63,634 bases of DNA, filler included, from Stramenopiles sp. TOSAG23-6 (GCA_900128565.1; 10 parts of 10 records of this genome joined end to end with filler, not necessarily neighbours in it), one strand, 5' to 3'; shown: positions 1-11,159, counted from the first letter of the whole stretch. Notes: generated by a model not told the origin, from the sequence alone. Numbers and translations: made by a program.

Positions 1-353
1 GCCAACAAGAGACTAAAAAGAGGTCAAAAATTTCCCGTGTTTTACTAGTGATTAAATTTGATTTCAATTTCAAATTTATAACCTGTTCTTGCGCGCGGTC
101 ATTTGTGGTGTGACACGTGGATATACGTGGAATGGTAGTAGACTACTAGTAGTAGTAGTTGGTAGAGTACCTTATAATCTATACGCGTGATGACACGGAT
201 GATATAAAATTATAACTCAACCATCACCCAACGTCATGATAACTTCGCCGAGTGTAATATAAAAATCACTTGCTCGGACAAACAAAGTGTTATTGTTGAT
301 TGTATTGATTCTAAATAATGTTAGGGTTATATAAGTGAAATTTTTGTGTACCA

Positions 354-1094
354 ATGTTGTTGTGGAACCGGTTTCGTGTTAATTGTATACTTCGTGGGAT
401 ACAAAGAGTAACTTCGCCTACTTTTCGCCAGCTTTCCTCACAAAAGAAAAGTCACCGTCATAAATGTATACTAACTATGTTTCTCACCCGTTTTAGTCGT
501 TGGGTTGGGCCGATGAACAGGCAGAAATTTCGAGCAACGTGGAGAGAAATAAAAGTGCATGCGTGTCTTGTACCTAAATATACTGGTATATTTCTAGGTT
601 TTTTGCTCCATTTTCAATGTTCGGTGTATGTATTACAAAATTATGGGTTCAGTTATATCCTGACAACGGGTCCATCGATGAAGCCAACGTTAAATGATAC
701 CGGTGATGTATTACTAGTTGACTGTTTTTCATATCTCTTTCGCAGTCCTCGATATGGTGAAGTTGTATTGAGTCAATCTATCACAGATCCTAACGCTCAC
801 ATAGTAAAACGAGTATGTGGACTCCCGATGGATACAATAAGATATCAAAATTCAAAGAAAGAAAAAATGAAAAACTGTATCGTACCTAGAGGTCATGTCT
901 GGCTAGAGGGTGATAACCCAAATAATTCCCGAGATTCTAGAGATTATGGAGCAGTACCAGAAGCAATGATCCGAGGTCGCGTAGTTGCTAGACTGTGGCC
1001 TTTAAAACATTTTGGTCGATTACGACATCGTGAATATGAGGATAAACATTCCGAATTGCAAACTAGTCGATGGAGGTCAAGTTCTTTGAGATGA
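354..1094 (+). CDS. IMP1: Mitochondrial inner membrane protease subunit 1 (peptidase S26)
   Basis: GPSMKPT (catalytic Ser), IVKRV (Lys) and GHVWLEGDN..NSRDSRDYGAVP motifs; the true start may be a downstream ATG. Confidence 0.88.
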   Translation: MLLWNRFRVNCILRGIQRVTSPTFRQLSSQKKSHRHKCILTMFLTRFSRWVGPMNRQKFRATWREIKVHACLVPKYTGIFLGFLLHFQCSVYVLQNYGFSYILTTGPSMKPTLNDTGDVLLVDCFSYLFRSPRYGEVVLSQSITDPNAHIVKRVCGLPMDTIRYQNSKKEKMKNCIVPRGHVWLEGDNPNNSRDSRDYGAVPEAMIRGRVVARLWPLKHFGRLRHREYEDKHSELQTSRWRSSSLR

Positions 1095-1484
1095 AAGTTG
1101 ATAACAGATAAATATATACCCTAACCCTAAAAGAGCGCTCTTTGTATGAAATTTGTATTTTTAATTTTATTTTTTTAGAAGATCAGTTTCGAAACTGAAA
1201 AAAAGTAGTTTCGTTAACTACCATTGTAAATTATGAAATACAAACTTAATTTGTGTATCTACTACGTAAATGGTACGGAATTCTATAATAATCAAAATTT
1301 CATAAATTGCGCGTGTCCCTTTTTTCCAAAAATGTCCTTCCTTTTTTGTAACGACCAGGTCAAATAGTTTTGTACACGTTTACATGTGTGTATTATCTGT
1401 CAAGTGTCAACGGTTATCCAGAAGATACCCTTTGATTGAATTTATAAACCGCATATTGATTAAGATTGATAAAGCTTTTGAGAA

Positions 1485-4400
1485 ATGTCAGTTGCTCCAG
1501 CTGATACTGGGTCAGGCGTTGATAACATTTCGAGTATTGTAGTGTTATCAGAAGAGAAAGATCCTTCAGAGCAGGTATGGACGAAAGGTCGATCTGCAGA
1601 CGACGGTTCAACTTTTTGGCACTGTGTACAAACTGGTGAAAAGGTCACGGAAGAGCCAACGACTGGCATAATCCGTGATGCACATCAATTTGCACGCCGC
1701 ATGACTCAAAAAGTCATTCGTGCCAATCGAAGTTTAAAAAAAGTGAAGGAACATGTAGAGGCGAATCGGCAAAAAGAGGCACTTAAATCAGATGGTATCC
1801 CTCTTTTGAATGTGAAAGACTTCTTTGACGCATGGGATTCTGTTGATCCGCACGCAACTGAGTTGATTGATCGTGTTCTCGCCCATGACAAATGTGCTAT
1901 ATGGATCGTGAAATTTTTGACGATTCTTCAAGCTCTATTTGCTGCCTTCATACCGGTGGTAGCGACACTTGCATGCCGAACGGCTTTTTTCAATCCGTTG
2001 GAGCAGTCAGCAGTCGGTGAAGATCTAAAAAAATTCTGTGGTGGAGTGCTTCTCCTTATCATGGGTATGGGGTACGTGTATTGTATTCGGTCGCTTTTAC
2101 TCAACGTACTTGCAGAAAGGTTTAATTTTCGATTGGAGATGCCTCTACGTAAAGCAGCTGAAACCAGTGATCCACCTCAAACGTTCGACGACATGCACGA
2201 TATCGGTCAACAAGTTCGTGAACTCGGTGATTGTTTGTTTCACAAACTACCTCAGGCACATTACAACCTTGCAGCAGCTTCATTTTCCCTCATTTGCATG
2301 ATCATATTTTTTGACGCTGTAACTGCTATTTGTGCTGTTCTCGCTTTCTTCCTTGTCTTTGTGATGATTATTGTATTCGAAAAGTTTGCCATGGCACACG
2401 CTGAAGAAGATGTAATGCTCGAGGGTAAAGAAGAACTTGCATGGGAAGCTCAAGATTTCGAAGCAGCTCATAAAATTACGGCAGCTCGTAATGCAAGAGC
2501 ACACAGTGAGCTTTTACCAAAGGTATTATTCAGTACTTTAACACAGTGCATATTTATGTCTACAGTTGTTGCCGCCTTCTACGTTGGTTCTCGCTTAGCT
2601 GAACGTAAGGTTGTAAAATCCGAATCTGCCGCTGTCGCTGTAGTATTTTACTACATCTTTTTGATGTTCAACATTAATTCGTATCATTCACACACAATAC
2701 AAGCATCAAAGTTGTGGGTATCTGGTTGTCGATTTAATGATGACTCCAACTTCCACCACTCCATGAAACATATTGATGCTCACTTGACCCAGAATGACCC
2801 AAAGCACAAAAAACGTATGGTAGATGCAATTAAAGAGCTCAAAGACAGCAAAGGTGCCTCTCGTAAAATGCTCTTCTTTCTCATTATGGTGTTCATTGGT
2901 TGCTCCTCATTTGTAGTTTGGTATGTTGCTGACCATGGAAATCCATTATCGTGTCAAAATACATACTTTGCGTGTACGACTAAGGATAACGGTAAAGGTG
3001 AAGCTGCTAAATGTGGTGACTTGGAAATCATTCATGCATGGTCATTTGATTTCGGTTGCTCTGAAGCTCCATCAAATAACGAACTCTTGGCACGTTGTGT
3101 TAACCTTTGTTCTTTGGTTTATCCCCAGTCTGTTGCACAGCAAACTCGACGTAGGCTTAAGAAAGTCCCTCAGAGACCGAATCAACCTGGAGAGAAAAGT
3201 CGTGAAGGGAAATCGATGTCACCTACTATGACAGGTGATGGGAAATGGCCAACACGGAAACCTGGCAGCATGACGGCCAGTACAGAAAATTTTGGACCTA
3301 AGCCTACTATGGGTAAAACTCCTGCGGATGCCCTAAATGCAGTTTATGGGAAATTGAATAAACCACCTCCTGCAGAGTTAAAACAAGTGGGAAAAGAAAG
3401 AGAGGAACGCAAAGAGGAAGAGTCGAAAACTGAAGAACTCTCGCATATTCCATCCAAATTTTTGGAAACGTGGTTGTATGACGATGGTGGAAAACAAGAG
3501 ATGATGGAAAAATCAACGGCTAAGTCTCGAGATACAGATGGCGATGGTGTAGAGGAACCTCCAAAAGCTCTCGAAATAATGAAATCTGCAATCGAGAATG
3601 GTTATAAAGTGATTGAAGAAGTGATTGAATTTGGGGATAAATTGAAGGTAACGTATGAAAGTATTCAAACAGACGCTGCCTTGCATGATGAAAAGTTCAC
3701 TGCGCAGCTAACAACAAGACCTCTGACGAACAAAGATCAAGATACACCAACGGTACTTAAAGATGATGAAGATGAAGCGGAAGCAAAAGAGGAACATCAT
3801 GATGACAGTTCTCAAGGTTGTCATGAGAATAATGAATGTGCAGATGATGAGTATTGTGCTAGTGGGTACAATACATATGGTAAACCGAATGAACCAGGAG
3901 ATGGTAAGGGTTACTGCATGCATGAAGACACTTGTTGCAGTTTCCCTAATGATGCCTTACATCGTCAGAAACCAGACTACGGTTCGGGAAATCCTTGGGG
4001 TAAGGAATCGGGTTTGGATCATGAAAAGTCATACACTGGTTGTCCAAAGCCATGCAAGCCTACATGGATACATCTGGAAGATTGTGAAGATGAAGAAGGA
4101 GAAAATTGTGAACGTCATTTTCCAGGTGATCCAGCATACAAATCAAAAGGTTGCGGCTCTGGTGATCGTGTTGGAAAACACGCTACAGTTCATTCGTGTC
4201 GCTCTCATGATGATTGTAACCCAGAAGGTGATGAAATATTTTATTGTGCAGGTGATCCCAAAGAAGAATGTGGTGGGAGATGTCAATATTTTACATACTG
4301 CTGTGATCCTGGAAGTGAAGCGAAATATTATTCATACGAGAGAGACGAGGATTGGAAACCAGGAATGGATGTAAGTCTACTTTATTGCCCAAAAGAATGT

Positions 4401-7262
4401 AAATCGAATGAAACTAAGGAAGATCGTGAGAAGGCTGCAGAAAAAACATATATTGATAAAGAGTCTTTTGATACAAAGGCACCAACACCTGCACCTACAA
4501 CAAAGGCACCAACACCTGCTCCATCAACAAAAGCGCCAACACCTGCACCAACGAAGTCTAAAAAGAAACAATTTGAAATCAAGATGCAGCCAAAGGTTGA
4601 CAAAAATAAAAAGGCTGCATTTGATCCTCATAGATCTGCCGTGAGTTCAGAAGTGGAATTTGTTAAAGAACGTGCAATTGCGAATAATCCGAATATTTCA
4701 GAAGTTTCTAAATTGATGTATGGACCATCTGAACCGTCAATGAATAATCCCCATGATGGAACGGAATTAAAGCCAACCAATAAGGGCAAAATGCCAAGTG
4801 ATTTTTTTAAGGGATCTATGAATTTGATGCAAAAGGGTTATGAAGAAATAATGATGAAAGGTGCACGTGGAAGGGCCAGAGAGGAACACTCTATGGGTCC
4901 GAAGGATCATCATCGTCGATTGCATCCTCATGATGTAAAACCAGATGTAGATGATTTTTTCAATGAAAAGAAAGAGATGGCTAAACAACAACGCGAATCG
5001 AATGACGGAATGCCAGTAGGTAGATTTGAACCAGAAACGGTTGAATTTGAGAAATTGGCGGAACCTAAAAATAAACCTTTTAAAGAAGAAAAGGAAAAGG
5101 AATTAAAATTCGAAGGTTTTTATGGTGGGGATGATGGTAAGGAGAAAGAGGATTTACCTGAAAAACTACAAGAAAAACTTGAGGAAACAGCAAAACTTCG
5201 TTCGCAAGAAATTGAAAATCCAATGACTTATGCTCATAAAGATGCTGATTCAGATGGTATTGAAGACGAATTTGATCATGATGTTCATCCCGGTAAACCA
5301 GATCATGATTCGGATGGTATCAATGATGAGGGAGACCTTGATGATGATAATGACGGAATTTTTGATGAAGCTGATCGTTTTGATGATGTTGAGGAAAAAG
5401 AAATAATGCCTGAACTAAAGGATGGGAGTGGAAACCCTATGCCTGATACTGATAAAGATGGCATTCCAGATGTAGCAGAGCATGAACTTCATAAAGATAA
5501 ACCAGATACAGATTCTGATGGATGGAATGATCCGTATGATGATGATGACGATAATGATGGTGTGGAGGACAAGTATGATCTTGATCGAGATAACGACAGA
5601 ATACCAGATAAAGCAGAACATAAATATCATCCAGATAAACCAGATTTGGATAGTGATGGGTGGAATGATCCGTATGACATAGATGACGATAATGATGAAA
5701 TTGATGATTTTATAGATTTTGAGGATAATAATGATAAGCAAAACCCTAAACCATATACTACTTCCAAAGACGAGAAGATTAAAAATATTGTGAAAGACCA
5801 GACCCCAGAATATGAAAAAGAAGTAAAGAAAGGAAAACATTCTGACATTCCTGAATCTTTCAAAACATATGGTCCCTCACCAGATGATGAAAGAGAATCT
5901 GACACACCAAAATTCAAGAAAAACATTAAAGACAAAGACACACGAGGTGCATTTGAAGACATGGACGGTGATGGGGTTGTGAATTGGGCTGATGCTGATC
6001 AAGACGGGGACGAAGTTCGTGATGAGGCAGACGTTGATGCTGATGCTGATGGTCTACCAGACGAATGGGAAAATCTCTATGAAAATGGAACTCTCGACCG
6101 TGCGAAAGATAATAAACAGAATAATACTTTTTATCCAGACATCATTGTGGAAGATTTGGAATTAAATAAAGATGATGATTTCGATTCTGATGGACTTCCT
6201 GATTCAGTCGATTCTGATGCTGATGGCGATGATGTTCTGGATACAGAGGATAGAGATGTCCTTGACATTAACGGAAAAATTGGAGGTGACGGTATTCCAG
6301 ATGATAAAGAGGAACTTATAAGTACAAATTTGCAATGTAAAGCATATGACAACGAAGAGGCATGTATTAAACATTCTAAAAAATGCCATTGGGGTTACTT
6401 GCCTGAGGCAGAACGAGATGTATGTATGACCCATAATCTCGAAGGGAAAATTGACAAAGAGAAGCGTATAATGAACGAGAAAAAAGAAATGGTTGTTGAG
6501 ATGGCAACAGAGCAGCATGAATGTTACGATAAGGATCATGCAGATTGTATTACTGATGATCTTTGTTCTTGGACCAATGCTACTGAGGTTACATTTGAAG
6601 GTGATTCTGATGATAAAGATGAAGTCGAGAAGTTTACAACATCTTCTTCTCTTGGTCTCTGGGGCGAAGAAGTTACTCCATTCAAAGAAGGATGTTTTTT
6701 ATCCCCATATGCAATATTTGAACTGCATGATTCAGGTGCGTCAAAAAAAGATCAAAAAAAGAAATATGAAGAAGAGATGACAATGTGTGCGGCATATGAT
6801 GAAGAAGCATGTGCAATGTCATCATGGTGCGAATATGGAGAAGTTGGCTCATGTAAATCAATCAAAGGTGAGAAAAACCATTTCTGCAAACATCTGCCAG
6901 CTGATGAATGTAGAAATGCTGATTTTTATGGTCTGTGTAAATGGAAACCAGAAGTGGACGAAGCATTTGAAGAGGAAGAAAAAGCCGAATATGGATTCTG
7001 TCGAAGTCAAATGTCCGCAAACGAAGAAATTACAAGAGAAGACAAACTTGAGCGTCGGTTGGGAGTAATTAGACCTAAAAAGTCATGGTGGGTACCTCAA
7101 GTAATTCATAACATATTTTATCCACCACGAGGGCGCAATTTTCCAATTAACAGCCATGAATACAAACACAGACGGTTGATGAAACTTTTTGAAGCAGAAA
7201 TTATAAAGAAGGATGTTATCCTCTTTTCAGGGAAAATTCAAATCAACATAGAAATGGTGTAA
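1485..7262 (+). CDS. Giant intronless membrane protein: WW-like N-terminus, multi-TM region, Cys-rich modules, TKAPTPAP repeats, DxDxDG Ca-binding (TSP3-like) repeats
   Basis: 1925-aa ORF; several hydrophobic helices in the first ~480 aa; many DxDxDGxxD motifs; C-terminal Cys-rich repeats. Confidence 0.7.
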   Translation: MSVAPADTGSGVDNISSIVVLSEEKDPSEQVWTKGRSADDGSTFWHCVQTGEKVTEEPTTGIIRDAHQFARRMTQKVIRANRSLKKVKEHVEANRQKEALKSDGIPLLNVKDFFDAWDSVDPHATELIDRVLAHDKCAIWIVKFLTILQALFAAFIPVVATLACRTAFFNPLEQSAVGEDLKKFCGGVLLLIMGMGYVYCIRSLLLNVLAERFNFRLEMPLRKAAETSDPPQTFDDMHDIGQQVRELGDCLFHKLPQAHYNLAAASFSLICMIIFFDAVTAICAVLAFFLVFVMIIVFEKFAMAHAEEDVMLEGKEELAWEAQDFEAAHKITAARNARAHSELLPKVLFSTLTQCIFMSTVVAAFYVGSRLAERKVVKSESAAVAVVFYYIFLMFNINSYHSHTIQASKLWVSGCRFNDDSNFHHSMKHIDAHLTQNDPKHKKRMVDAIKELKDSKGASRKMLFFLIMVFIGCSSFVVWYVADHGNPLSCQNTYFACTTKDNGKGEAAKCGDLEIIHAWSFDFGCSEAPSNNELLARCVNLCSLVYPQSVAQQTRRRLKKVPQRPNQPGEKSREGKSMSPTMTGDGKWPTRKPGSMTASTENFGPKPTMGKTPADALNAVYGKLNKPPPAELKQVGKEREERKEEESKTEELSHIPSKFLETWLYDDGGKQEMMEKSTAKSRDTDGDGVEEPPKALEIMKSAIENGYKVIEEVIEFGDKLKVTYESIQTDAALHDEKFTAQLTTRPLTNKDQDTPTVLKDDEDEAEAKEEHHDDSSQGCHENNECADDEYCASGYNTYGKPNEPGDGKGYCMHEDTCCSFPNDALHRQKPDYGSGNPWGKESGLDHEKSYTGCPKPCKPTWIHLEDCEDEEGENCERHFPGDPAYKSKGCGSGDRVGKHATVHSCRSHDDCNPEGDEIFYCAGDPKEECGGRCQYFTYCCDPGSEAKYYSYERDEDWKPGMDVSLLYCPKECKSNETKEDREKAAEKTYIDKESFDTKAPTPAPTTKAPTPAPSTKAPTPAPTKSKKKQFEIKMQPKVDKNKKAAFDPHRSAVSSEVEFVKERAIANNPNISEVSKLMYGPSEPSMNNPHDGTELKPTNKGKMPSDFFKGSMNLMQKGYEEIMMKGARGRAREEHSMGPKDHHRRLHPHDVKPDVDDFFNEKKEMAKQQRESNDGMPVGRFEPETVEFEKLAEPKNKPFKEEKEKELKFEGFYGGDDGKEKEDLPEKLQEKLEETAKLRSQEIENPMTYAHKDADSDGIEDEFDHDVHPGKPDHDSDGINDEGDLDDDNDGIFDEADRFDDVEEKEIMPELKDGSGNPMPDTDKDGIPDVAEHELHKDKPDTDSDGWNDPYDDDDDNDGVEDKYDLDRDNDRIPDKAEHKYHPDKPDLDSDGWNDPYDIDDDNDEIDDFIDFEDNNDKQNPKPYTTSKDEKIKNIVKDQTPEYEKEVKKGKHSDIPESFKTYGPSPDDERESDTPKFKKNIKDKDTRGAFEDMDGDGVVNWADADQDGDEVRDEADVDADADGLPDEWENLYENGTLDRAKDNKQNNTFYPDIIVEDLELNKDDDFDSDGLPDSVDSDADGDDVLDTEDRDVLDINGKIGGDGIPDDKEELISTNLQCKAYDNEEACIKHSKKCHWGYLPEAERDVCMTHNLEGKIDKEKRIMNEKKEMVVEMATEQHECYDKDHADCITDDLCSWTNATEVTFEGDSDDKDEVEKFTTSSSLGLWGEEVTPFKEGCFLSPYAIFELHDSGASKKDQKKKYEEEMTMCAAYDEEACAMSSWCEYGEVGSCKSIKGEKNHFCKHLPADECRNADFYGLCKWKPEVDEAFEEEEKAEYGFCRSQMSANEEITREDKLERRLGVIRPKKSWWVPQVIHNIFYPPRGRNFPINSHEYKHRRLMKLFEAEIIKKDVILFSGKIQINIEMV

Positions 7263-7589
7263 ACAACCTCTCGATATCAATATGAGGGGTATTAATTTAT
7301 TGAATATATATGTACATAATCAAAATACTGGTACTTTTAAAAAAAGATAAGTTCGTGGTACAGCCTATAGAGCTGGTACGGGTGATCTTTTTAACGGTAC
7401 AATTTGTACAAAGAAAATAAAAAAAAAATACTGTAAGTTTTCAATTATTTATATTGCATAGGCCTAAATTGTTATCTCATTAAATATTGTTTTTTCTTCG
7501 GTATTTTCTTCGGTAACTAATGGTTTGAATAAAATACTTCTTCCAGTACCAGGTCGATATGAAATATTCGATGTAGTACTTCTTCCTGT

Positions 7590-7689
7590 NNNNNNNNNNN
7601 NNNNNNNNNNNNNNNNNNNNNNNNNNNNNNNNNTTAATTAATTAANNNNNNNNNNNNNNNNNNNNNNNNNNNNNNNNNNNNNNNNNNNN
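7590..7689. other. Artificial contig spacer N44-TTAATTAATTAA-N44 (also 15272-15371, 22951-23050, 30623-30722, 38294-38393, 45958-46057, 53621-53720, 61272-61371, 62454-62553)
   Basis: Identical 100-nt spacer with stops in all six frames; contig lengths decrease monotonically. Confidence 0.97.
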
Positions 7690-7744
7690 TTTGTACCTAA
7701 CAAATTTTAGTTTTTTTTTTTTGAAATATTTTTCCAAAATACAT

Positions 7745-9052
7745 TCTTTGCGACAGAAAGGTAATTTATTATATAAAGAAAACGTAGCCGTCCCCTTTTT
7801 AATGAGACATCCAATTCTTAATAACAAAAGTTATAGAACGAAAGCCCTGAGTTGTTCATTAGATGTAGTACCAACGATATTAGGACTAGCTGGAATATCA
7901 ACAAAAAATATACACCCAAAATTAAAAGGTTTCGATTTATCCGGGGAAATATACAAACGATTCAGTGAAAATATTCACAGTACAAATTCGTGTAATAAAA
8001 TTCAACCATTGCACACATTGACTCGAGATAATGTGGGTGTTTTATTTCAATATGGTCGAGGTATTGGTACTTTGTCAAGTACTTTATGTAGTCAATGTAT
8101 CTTGACGACTCAATACCGTTTCGGAAGATTTTTTGACCCTTCAGAATATACTGTTCCAACCACATTTGAACAATTATTTAGTGGTTGTTGTGATGTTGTT
8201 CTCTTTGATGTGAAATCTGATCCAAATGAACATATAAATCTTGCTGTACCTTCCATGCGTAATCGATACGACAACAAAGGAATTATAATGCGGCTAAATC
8301 ACCAGCTAAATTGCCTTATTGCTAGGGAAACAAATGTTTTGGATGGTTTCAAATCATCGGACGTAATCAACGCCGATAGTGAAGTACTACCTTGGAAACC
8401 TTTAAAATTTTGGCCCCACACACATCTACCAACAATACCAGAACAAATTTTATGCACACTTTATTCATCTCAGAGTATATATGAATTACACAATGCTGTA
8501 ATTGAAGGAAATGTAGACAAAGTTTCTAACCTTTTAGCACAAGGTAATGATTTGAATATCATATATAAAAAGCCACATTTTTATCTGGAAACAAATAATG
8601 AGACCCAAAGTGTTACAGCAAAGAGCCAAAACAATAAAGAATTATTTCTTGAAGTCAATTCTGCTGGTGTAATGTGGGGATCACCTGTGAAAAAAAGAAT
8701 AGAGACTATTCATGACAATCAAGTACATGCTGTACATAACATGATGAATGTTGAGAATTCTCTTCAAGCTGCTTTTAAACGACGATTAGAGGCGAGACAA
8801 AAAGGCATAACTTTCTCCTCGAAGACATGGAAGAAGAAAATAAAACAGGATATAAATGAAAAAACAAATCAACAAAAATTAAGAAAGAATATAGTTCCTG
8901 AAACATTGAAAGAGGATACTACAAGAAACACTTTGCGCGATGGAGATAAACCACTTATAATTGCGAGACGCTTAAAACATGAGAGTATTATTACTCAAAT
9001 TTTAGATGCAAGAGCAAACTGTAATTTTAGTGATGACTCAAGAAAAATGTAG
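7745..9052 (+). CDS. Sulfatase C-terminal part fused to ankyrin repeats (5'-truncated; last exon follows a family intron ending ATACAT at 7744)
   Basis: SLRQKGNLLYKENVAVPF, DVVPTILGLAG, LFDVKSDPNEHINLA sulfatase motifs; LHNAVIEGNVDKVSNLL and GDKPLIIA ankyrin-like motifs. Confidence 0.75.
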   Translation, partial: SLRQKGNLLYKENVAVPFLMRHPILNNKSYRTKALSCSLDVVPTILGLAGISTKNIHPKLKGFDLSGEIYKRFSENIHSTNSCNKIQPLHTLTRDNVGVLFQYGRGIGTLSSTLCSQCILTTQYRFGRFFDPSEYTVPTTFEQLFSGCCDVVLFDVKSDPNEHINLAVPSMRNRYDNKGIIMRLNHQLNCLIARETNVLDGFKSSDVINADSEVLPWKPLKFWPHTHLPTIPEQILCTLYSSQSIYELHNAVIEGNVDKVSNLLAQGNDLNIIYKKPHFYLETNNETQSVTAKSQNNKELFLEVNSAGVMWGSPVKKRIETIHDNQVHAVHNMMNVENSLQAAFKRRLEARQKGITFSSKTWKKKIKQDINEKTNQQKLRKNIVPETLKEDTTRNTLRDGDKPLIIARRLKHESIITQILDARANCNFSDDSRKM

Positions 9053-9152
9053 TATACCGGGGAGATTGTAATAACTTCAATGTAAATAAATCTAAATGTA
9101 ATGAAATTGTGTTACTGGAATTGTTTTATTATCATTTATATAGTATCTTTGA

Positions 9153-11159
9153 CTATCTTTTACGTTCATAAGGATGCAAAACCCACTTTGGACTGAAAAC
9201 CGATATTTCGTCTCTCATCTTTTGTGAGCGTAGTCTGCTATTTGTCATGGCTTTAACCGAATCTAGAACTGGTTTAATCAAAGGCTTTTGTTTTATACTG
9301 AGGATTGGATTTTCTATCATATGGGATCTCGATTGTCGAGAGCTGATTGGCATAACTACACTGCTTGGCAATGACCTATGTGTACTTTGTTTTTCTGTAT
9401 TATAGGCAATGATTGTATCAGCTGCTCCATCTCCAACATCATCTACATAAGTTCTTTTGTTAGAAGAGTGATATATCGCTACATTAAAACGAGTTGACTC
9501 ATTCTGATAGGAATCAGATTTACCTCGTGGACTTTCTGAGTTATTGTTTTTCCCGAAAAGTTCATCACGAGTAGCACATTCTTTGACATTACAATGATCA
9601 AAGTAATACTTTGGGTCATTGCCCAAATCATGATATTTTGTATTCTGTGGAGAAACCAAAAGACCACCAAAGTTCCCAGCAGTATGGACGCCCATTGTAC
9701 TAAGATAAACACTTGGCGGTCGATTTTTATCCATGAAAGATGTCATCGGTTGAACAGTTAAAGATTCTTTTAGTTTTCTATTTTTGTTTTCGGCTTCATT
9801 AATATCAGCTTTATTATTCAAATGTTTACTTTTTTGTTTCTCAAAATTTTTATTTTTCTTTGATGGATCTGTATTCTTTTGATCATTGTATAAAAATGTT
9901 CCTTTTCGTTTCATTGTTTCAGATGTTTTACTGTCTTGTTTCAAAATGGAATGTATTTTAGAAAAATATTTCAAAAAAAATTCGTTAGGTACAAAATTTC
10001 GTATGAAAAAAAAANTCAGATTNGAAAAAAANTAAAACATACATTAGTTTTCGTACGATGTTTTGTAAAATTCCGTAATATCGTTTTGGGATTTGGATGG
10101 GGTCTACTAGGGGCAGTCAGAGGTCTTCCTTGTGTCCTCGTTCTATCTGCTATTGCAACATTTTTTTCTAATTGCAAATGTTTTTGTTTTTGTAATCTAT
10201 TTTTTTCCCTCTGGGCAGCGGACCATTGCAATGCCTCATTCATAAATTTGCGACTTGACATCGCTGTATGTTCTATTGGGAGATTGAATTCATTTGAAGA
10301 AAATGAAGGTTTCCTCAAATTCATATATCCTTTCTGACTACTAAAGGGAAGGGAAGCATTCCTCAGTCGGTCCATGTCTATATGTATTAGGAAAAAATAT
10401 TTTACATTCAAATGTTTTGTTAGGTATGAAATTTTCGTACAAAAAATGAAAATAAATTTGAAATTGAAAACATACATGATTCACATCAAGAAATGAGTTA
10501 TCAGAACACCAATACGAAAGACTTAGCATATGGCTTCCCTTGTGGCGTGTGTCACATTTCATTGCAGATAACTTTTTACGTTTACTATTGACAGTAGGGT
10601 TAGGTGTACTACAATTAGAATTGGCTTTTGTTTGACTCAATCTATTACTTCTATCTATAGTTTTTGGGGGAATATATCCTCCTTCTTTACCCCAAACGGG
10701 ACCATGATAATTTGATAATGAATATGTGTTATCCTTTTCAGTTATACGAGGTTTAAGCGTTTCTGGTTCCAAATATGTTGAAGCATGGACTCCTCCGTTA
10801 TCTAAGGCATCACCGTTTATTCGTACACTGGTCAATTGAGGTACTTCAAGTTTAGCACGCATTGATTCTTGCACAACACGCAATGAATCTTCTAATTTCA
10901 CGATGTCATCTGTAATTTGATTGATTTCACTATGTGATACATTATACTGCGATCTTTGTTTCGGTTGAACTTTGAGTTTACGAGTCCAGGCTTGTCTTTG
11001 TTGTAGTCCAATCAAATGAGACTTTTTAGAAAATAATCGTTGTTTCTTTAACGTCACCGATTGAGAGAGCCGAGCAGGTAATTGTTCTGCTGCTGGGCGC
11101 CATAACTTATTACCACTCATTAGTAATGTAGTATCAGGCTTCCATTTTACCTCCCTCAT
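9153..11159 (-). CDS. Uncharacterised basic protein, 3 exons (11159-10476, 10381-10043, 9950-9153)
   Basis: Three ORFs join in frame when two family introns are removed (NH|IDM; TN|SIL). Confidence 0.65.
9951..10042 (-). mobile_element. Family intron, GT...AT, 92 nt
   Basis: AAT|GTATGT...GTACCTAAC...AAAATACAT|TCC; restores frame. Confidence 0.8.
10382..10475 (-). mobile_element. Family intron, GT...AT, 94 nt
   Basis: CAT|GTATGT...CTAATACAT|ATAGAC; the AG 4 nt downstream is out of frame. Confidence 0.78.

Noticed and set aside
7590-7689. Recurrent TTAATTAATTAA palindrome between N runs
   Set aside because: Artificial six-frame-stop spacer joining contigs; not biological, and gene clustering across spacers is meaningless
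9951-10044. Reading the family as U12-type AT-AC introns (ATGTAT...ATAC)
   Set aside because: No ATATCCTT donor or TCCTTAAC branch consensus; copies with non-AT exon ends and AG-ending copies fit a GT donor better. The mRNA is identical for AT/AT copies, so only lariat data can fully exclude it
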